DNA of 3,578 bases. Source: Enterobacteria phage HK240. Both the position numbers and the translations under genes were made by a program. This document shows, in pieces, positions 1-3,578 of the stretch. The stretch lies in the sequence record AJ298555.1; one strand, 5' to 3'. Under the pieces are notes generated by a model, which was given only the letters and a program-made list of their open reading frames with translations, did no database searches and was not told the DNA's origin. Within the stretch, counting starts at the first letter, position 1, and each line of letters opens with the position of its first letter.

Positions 1-46
1 GATGCCGACATGTGACTCCTCTAATCACTATTCAGGACTCCTGACA
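1..46 (+). promoter_or_regulatory. 5' leader of gene O with a Shine-Dalgarno AGGA at 34..37, 9 nt before the ATG at 47. The SD sits inside a perfect 11-bp palindrome CAGGACTCCTG (33..43). The window probably begins inside the P-O divergent late-promoter region, but the promoter core is not contained here.
   Basis: Seen in sequence: AGGA at 34..37, palindrome at 33..43, direct repeat GACTCCT at 14..20 and 36..42. Placement relative to the late promoter is from recalled P2 genome organisation. Confidence 0.4.
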
Positions 47-901
47 ATGGCAAAAAAAGTCTCAAAATTCTTTCGTATCGGCGTTGAGGGTGACACCTGT
101 GACGGGCGTGTCATCAGTGCGCAGGATATTCAGGAAATGGCCGAAACCTTTGACCCGCGTGTCTACGGTTGCCGCATTAACCTGGAACATCTGCGCGGCA
201 TCCTGCCTGACGGTATTTTTAAACGTTATGGCGATGTGGCCGAACTGAAGGCCGAAAAGATTGATGACGATTCGGCGCTGAAAGGCAAATGGGCGCTGTT
301 TGCGAAAATCACCCCGACCGATGACCTTATCGCGATGAACAAGGCCGCGCAGAAGGTCTACACCTCAATGGAAATTCAGCCGAACTTTGCCAACACCGGC
401 AAATGTTATCTGGTGGGGCTGGCCGTCACCGATGACCCGGCAAGCCTCGGCACGGAATACCTGGAATTCTGCCGCACGGCAAAACACAACCCTCTGAACC
501 GCTTCAAATTAAGCCCTGAAAACCTGATTTCAGTGGCAACGCCCGTTGAGCTGGAATTTGAAGACCTGCCTGAAACCGTGTTCACCGCCCTGACCGAAAA
601 GGTGAAATCCATTTTTGGCCGCAAACAGGCGAGCGATGACGCCCGTCTGAATGACGTGCATGAAGCGGTGACCGCTGTCGCTGAACATGTGCAGGAAAAA
701 CTGAGCGCCACTGAGCAGCGCCTCGCTGAGATGGAAACCGCCTTTTCCGCACTTAAGCAGGAGGTGACAGACAGGGCGGATGAAACCAGTCAGGCATTCA
801 CCCGCCTGAAAAACAGTCTCGACCACACCGAAAGTCTGACCCAGCAGCGCCGCAGCAAGGCCACCGGTGGTGGCGGTGAGGCCCTGATGACGAACTGCTG
901 A
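47..901 (+). CDS. O: Capsid scaffolding protein gpO, which doubles as the head maturation serine protease (284 aa).
   Basis: ORF 2..901 in the track, trimmed to the ATG at 47, which has an SD and gives the N-terminus MAKKVSKFFRIGVEGD. Stop TGA at 899..901. Length and sequence match my recollection of P2 gpO. The D19, H48 and S107 codons sit at 101..103, 188..190 and 365..367. The C-terminal half is rich in E, K, Q, L and A, consistent with a coiled-coil scaffold domain. Confidence 0.93.
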   Translation: MAKKVSKFFRIGVEGDTCDGRVISAQDIQEMAETFDPRVYGCRINLEHLRGILPDGIFKRYGDVAELKAEKIDDDSALKGKWALFAKITPTDDLIAMNKAAQKVYTSMEIQPNFANTGKCYLVGLAVTDDPASLGTEYLEFCRTAKHNPLNRFKLSPENLISVATPVELEFEDLPETVFTALTEKVKSIFGRKQASDDARLNDVHEAVTAVAEHVQEKLSATEQRLAEMETAFSALKQEVTDRADETSQAFTRLKNSLDHTESLTQQRRSKATGGGGEALMTNC

Positions 902-959
902 CCGGCGTCAGTCAGTCCGGGAAAACCTTCACGATTAACCCTTAATTTCAGGAAAAACT

Positions 960-2033
960 ATGCGCCAGGAAACCCGCTTTAAATTTAATACTTACCTGTC
1001 CCGTGTTGCCGAACTGAACGGCATCGACGCCGGTGATGTGTCGAAAAAATTCACCGTTGAACCGTCGGTCACCCAGACCCTGATGAACACCATGCAGGAG
1101 TCCTCTGACTTTCTGACCCGCATCAATATTGTGCCGGTCAGCGAAATGAAAGGGGAAAAAATTGGCATCGGTGTCACCGGCTCCATCGCCAGCACCACCG
1201 ACACCGCCGGTGGCACTGAGCGTCAGCCGAAGGACTTCTCGAAGCTGGCGTCTAACAAGTACGAATGCGACCAGATTAACTTCGATTTTTATATCCGCTA
1301 CAAAACGCTGGACCTGTGGGCGCGTTATCAGGATTTCCAGCTCCGTATCCGTAACGCCATTATCAAACGCCAGTCCCTTGATTTCATCATGGCCGGTTTT
1401 AACGGCGTGAAGCGTGCCGAAACCTCTGACCGCAGCAGTAACCCGATGCTGCAGGATGTGGCGGTCGGCTGGCTGCAGAAATACCGCAATGAAGCCCCGG
1501 CGCGCGTGATGAGCAAGGTTACTGACGAGGAAGGGCGCACCACCTCTGAGGTTATCCGCGTGGGTAAGGGCGGCGATTATGCCAGCCTTGATGCACTGGT
1601 GATGGATGCGACCAACAACCTGATTGAACCGTGGTATCAGGAAGACCCTGACCTTGTGGTGATTGTGGGACGTCAGCTACTGGCGGACAAGTATTTCCCC
1701 ATCGTCAACAAAGAGCAGGACAACAGCGAAATGCTGGCCGCTGATGTCATCATCAGCCAGAAACGCATCGGTAACCTGCCGGTGGTACGCGTCCCGTACT
1801 TCCCGGCGGATGCGATGCTCATCACGAAGCTGGAAAACCTGTCCATCTACTACATGGATGACAGCCATCGCCGCGTGATTGTGGAAAACCCGAAACTCGA
1901 CCGCGTGGAGAACTACGAGTCAATGAACATTGATTACGTGGTGGAAGACTACGCCGCCGGTTGTCTGGTGGAAAAAATTAAGGTCGGTGATTTCTCCACA
2001 CCGGCTAAAGCGACCGCAGAGCCGGGAGCGTAA
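960..2033 (+). CDS. N: Major capsid protein gpN precursor (357 aa).
   Basis: ORF 960..2033. SD AGGA at 950..953 with a 6-nt spacer. The 58-nt gap after O and the 1074-nt length match P2 N as recalled. The N-terminus MRQETRFKFNTYLSRVAELNGIDAGD fits P2-family major capsid proteins. Confidence 0.93.
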   Translation: MRQETRFKFNTYLSRVAELNGIDAGDVSKKFTVEPSVTQTLMNTMQESSDFLTRINIVPVSEMKGEKIGIGVTGSIASTTDTAGGTERQPKDFSKLASNKYECDQINFDFYIRYKTLDLWARYQDFQLRIRNAIIKRQSLDFIMAGFNGVKRAETSDRSSNPMLQDVAVGWLQKYRNEAPARVMSKVTDEEGRTTSEVIRVGKGGDYASLDALVMDATNNLIEPWYQEDPDLVVIVGRQLLADKYFPIVNKEQDNSEMLAADVIISQKRIGNLPVVRVPYFPADAMLITKLENLSIYYMDDSHRRVIVENPKLDRVENYESMNIDYVVEDYAAGCLVEKIKVGDFSTPAKATAEPGA

Positions 2034-2036
2034 CCG

Positions 2037-2780
2037 ATGACGAGTCCCGCACAGCGCCACATGATGCGGGTCTCGGCAGCGATGACCGCGCAGCGGGAAG
2101 CCGCCCCGCTGCGACATGCAACTGTCTATGAGCAGATGCTGGTCAAGCTGGCCGCAGACCAGCGCACACTGAAAGCGATTTATTCAAAAGAGCTGAAGGC
2201 CGCAAAAAAGCGCGAGCTGCTGCCGTTCTGGTTGCCGTGGGTGAACGGCGTGCTGGAGCAGGGCAAAGGTGCACAGGATGACATTCTGATGACGGTCATG
2301 CTGTGGCGTCTGGATACCGGCGATATTGCCGGTGCGCTGGAGATTGCCCGTTATGCCCTGAAGTACGGTCTGACCATGCCGGGTAAACACCGCCGCACCC
2401 CGCCTTACATGTTCACCGAGGAGGTGGCACTTGCGGCCATGCGCGCCCACGCTGCCGGTGAGTCTGTGGATACCCGCCTGCTGACGGACACCCTTGAACT
2501 GACTGCCACGGCTGACATGCCTGATGAAGTGCGCGCAAAGCTGCACAAAATCACCGGTCTGTTTCTGCGTGACGGTGGTGATGCCGCCGGTGCGCTGGCT
2601 CACCTGCAACGTGCGACACAGCTCGACTGTCAGGCAGGCGTCAAAAAAGAGATTGAACGACTGGAGCGGGAGCTGAAACCGAAGCCGGAGCCGCAGCCCA
2701 AAGCGTCCCCCCGCGCCCCGCGTAAGACCCGGAGCGTGACACCGGCAAAACGTGGACGCCCGAAAAAGAAAGCCAGTTAA
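2037..2780 (+). CDS. M: Terminase small subunit gpM (247 aa), historically annotated as the terminase endonuclease subunit.
   Basis: ORF 2037..2780. The ATG lies 3 nt after the N stop (TAA 2031..2033), indicating translational coupling. SD GGGAG at 2024..2028. The 744-nt length matches P2 M as recalled. The C-terminus is a strongly basic K/R/P-rich tail. Confidence 0.9.
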   Translation: MTSPAQRHMMRVSAAMTAQREAAPLRHATVYEQMLVKLAADQRTLKAIYSKELKAAKKRELLPFWLPWVNGVLEQGKGAQDDILMTVMLWRLDTGDIAGALEIARYALKYGLTMPGKHRRTPPYMFTEEVALAAMRAHAAGESVDTRLLTDTLELTATADMPDEVRAKLHKITGLFLRDGGDAAGALAHLQRATQLDCQAGVKKEIERLERELKPKPEPQPKASPRAPRKTRSVTPAKRGRPKKKAS

Positions 2781-2879
2781 CAACCGAATGCGCCCCGCGC
2801 NAGGGCGGCACGCGGNTCAGTGAGGGTGAATCACCTGACACTGCACCGGCGTCCACCGCCCGACTTTTCAGAGGTAGTC
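2781..2879. other. M-L intergenic region (99 bp), the only sizeable non-coding gap in the window. It is GC-rich with several alternative short dyads (2791..2815) and a perfect palindrome GGTGAATCACC (2825..2835). The L Shine-Dalgarno GAGG is at 2871..2874.
   Basis: Seen in sequence. Two ambiguous bases (2801, 2816) fall inside the GC-rich dyad region, so its exact structure is uncertain. No U-tract follows any stem, so it does not look like a strong intrinsic terminator. Confidence 0.35.
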
Positions 2880-3389
2880 ATGATGACGCTGATTATTCCG
2901 CGAAAGGAGGCTCCCGTGTCCGGTGAGGGTACGGTGGTCATCCCGCAACCGGCAGNCGACGAGCNGNTGATTAAAAACACGTTCTTTTTTCCCGATATCG
3001 ACCCGAAGCGCGTCCGGGAACGTATGCGCCTTGAGCAGACCGTCGCCCCCGCCCGTCTGCGTGAGGCCATCAAGTCAGGCATGGCGGAGACAAATGCGGA
3101 NNTGTACGAGTACCGCGAACAGAAAATTGCCGCCGGTTTTAGGCGTCTGGCGGACGTCCCGGCGGACGACATCGACGGTGAAAGCATCAAGGTTTTTTAC
3201 TACGAGCGCGCCGTGTGTGCGATGGCGACCGCGTCGNTTTATGAGCGTTATCGCGGCGTGGATGCCAGTGCGAAAGGCGACAAGAAGGCTGACAGCATTG
3301 ACAGCACCATTGATGAGCTGTGGCGNGATATGCGCTGGGCGGTGGCGCGCATCCAGGACAAGCCGCGCTGCATCGTGAGTCAAATCTGA
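2880..3389 (+). CDS. L: Head completion / stabilisation protein gpL (169 aa).
   Basis: Track ORF 2820..3389 begins at a GTG. The ATG at 2880 has an SD (GAGG 2871..2874, 5-nt spacer) and gives the N-terminus MMTLIIPRKEAPVSGEG with a 169-aa product, matching P2 gpL as recalled. Seven ambiguous bases inside the gene cause X residues in the translation. Confidence 0.88.
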   Translation: MMTLIIPRKEAPVSGEGTVVIPQPAXDEXXIKNTFFFPDIDPKRVRERMRLEQTVAPARLREAIKSGMAETNAXXYEYREQKIAAGFRRLADVPADDIDGESIKVFYYERAVCAMATASXYERYRGVDASAKGDKKADSIDSTIDELWXDMRWAVARIQDKPRCIVSQI

Positions 3390-3578
3390 TGAAGACCTTT
3401 GCGCTACAGGGCGACACGCTCGACGCCATTTGTGTCCGGTATTACGGGCGCACTGAGGGCGTGGTTGAGACCGTGCTCGCCGCAAATCCGGGACTGGCTG
3501 AACTGGGGGCGGTGCTGCCGCACGGCACCGCCGTCGAACTGCCCGACGTTCAGACCGCGCCCGTGGCTGAAACTGTCA
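3389..3578 (+). CDS. X: Tail protein gpX, LysM-like, 5' partial (63 codons before the window ends; the full protein is about 67 aa in P2).
   Basis: The ATG at 3389..3391 overlaps the L stop TGA (3387..3389) as TGATG. The frame stays open to the window end. The translation MKTFALQGDTLDAICVRYYGRTEGVVETVLAANPGLAELGAVLPHGTAVELPDVQTAPVAETV shows a LysM-type pattern (GDTL.....RYYG........L.ANP). The ORF is absent from the supplied track only because it has no in-window stop. Confidence 0.85.
   Translation, partial: MKTFALQGDTLDAICVRYYGRTEGVVETVLAANPGLAELGAVLPHGTAVELPDVQTAPVAETV

Noticed and set aside
2-46. N-terminal extension of the O ORF from the ATG at 2 (MPTCDSSNHYSGLLT...).
   Set aside because: The ATG at 47 has a properly spaced SD and gives the recognised gpO N-terminus MAKKVSKFF. 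The upstream ATG has no SD within the window and would add an unconserved 15-aa leader.
1-46. Looked for an Ogr/Delta-type late-promoter activator site (TGT-N12-ACA dyad) upstream of O.
   Set aside because: TGT at 11..13 and ACA at 44..46 have the wrong spacing. The activator site is expected around -55 from the transcription start, which probably lies upstream of the window.
406-826. Reverse-strand ORFs 406..711 and 530..826 inside gene O.
   Set aside because: Both are antisense to gpO, overlap each other in different frames, and have Ser/Ala/Arg-rich compositions characteristic of spurious ORFs.
898-921. Possible stem-loop just after the O stop (CTGAC 898..902 pairing with GTCAG 907..911, and CCGG repeats), considered as a terminator between O and N.
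   Set aside because: Stems are only 4 to 5 bp, several alternatives compete, and no U-tract follows. N must be co-transcribed with O for head assembly, so an efficient terminator is implausible.
992-1878. Several short ORFs on both strands inside gene N (992..1216 -, 1162..1410 +, 1328..1543 -, 1663..1878 +, 1677..1868 -).
   Set aside because: All lie within the major capsid gene in alternative frames or antisense, and the products are low-complexity. There is no room for independent genes in this operon.
2184-2783. A 199-aa reverse-strand ORF lying entirely inside gene M.
   Set aside because: It is fully antisense to a confidently identified gene in GC-rich sequence. The product is Arg/Gly/Leu-rich low-complexity, typical of antisense frames, with no recognisable domain or start context.
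2820-2879. Extended L ORF starting at the GTG at 2820.
   Set aside because: The GTG has no SD and lies within the palindrome-containing intergenic region. The ATG at 2880 has an SD and gives the expected 169-aa gpL.
2831-3485. Alternative-frame and reverse-strand ORFs over L and X (2831..3190 -, 3031..3378 +, 3075..3485 -, 3187..3429 -).
   Set aside because: They overlap gpL and gpX, whose frames carry recognisable protein features. They are Arg/Ala/Ser-rich and contain ambiguous codons.
1-3578. Searched for defence systems, toxin-antitoxin pairs, CRISPR repeats, tRNAs, integrase or attachment sites, and insertion sequences.
   Set aside because: I found no direct-repeat arrays, tRNA-like structures, inverted terminal repeats or unexplained coding capacity. 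The window is fully accounted for by five structural genes.

Overview
This window is a tightly packed block of five co-directional (+ strand) genes that I recognise as the head-morphogenesis part of the phage P2 late operon, from P2 itself or a near-identical P2-like prophage of an enterobacterium. The genes are O (capsid scaffold and maturation protease, 47..901), N (major capsid protein, 960..2033), M (terminase small subunit, 2037..2780), L (head completion protein, 2880..3389) and the 5' part of X (LysM-like tail protein, 3389..3578, running off the window). Gene order, lengths and spacing match P2 as I recall it, but this rests on memory and not on a search. I find no evidence of an undescribed system: the region is ordinary, well-characterised phage structural DNA. 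Things worth a second look are small: nine ambiguous bases (n) clustered in 2801..3326, a 99-bp M-L intergenic gap with GC-rich dyads and a perfect 11-bp palindrome, an AT-hook-like basic tail on gpM, a palindrome over the O ribosome-binding site, and the LysM-like start of X. The reverse-strand and alternative-frame ORFs in the track are best explained as artefacts of GC-rich coding sequence.
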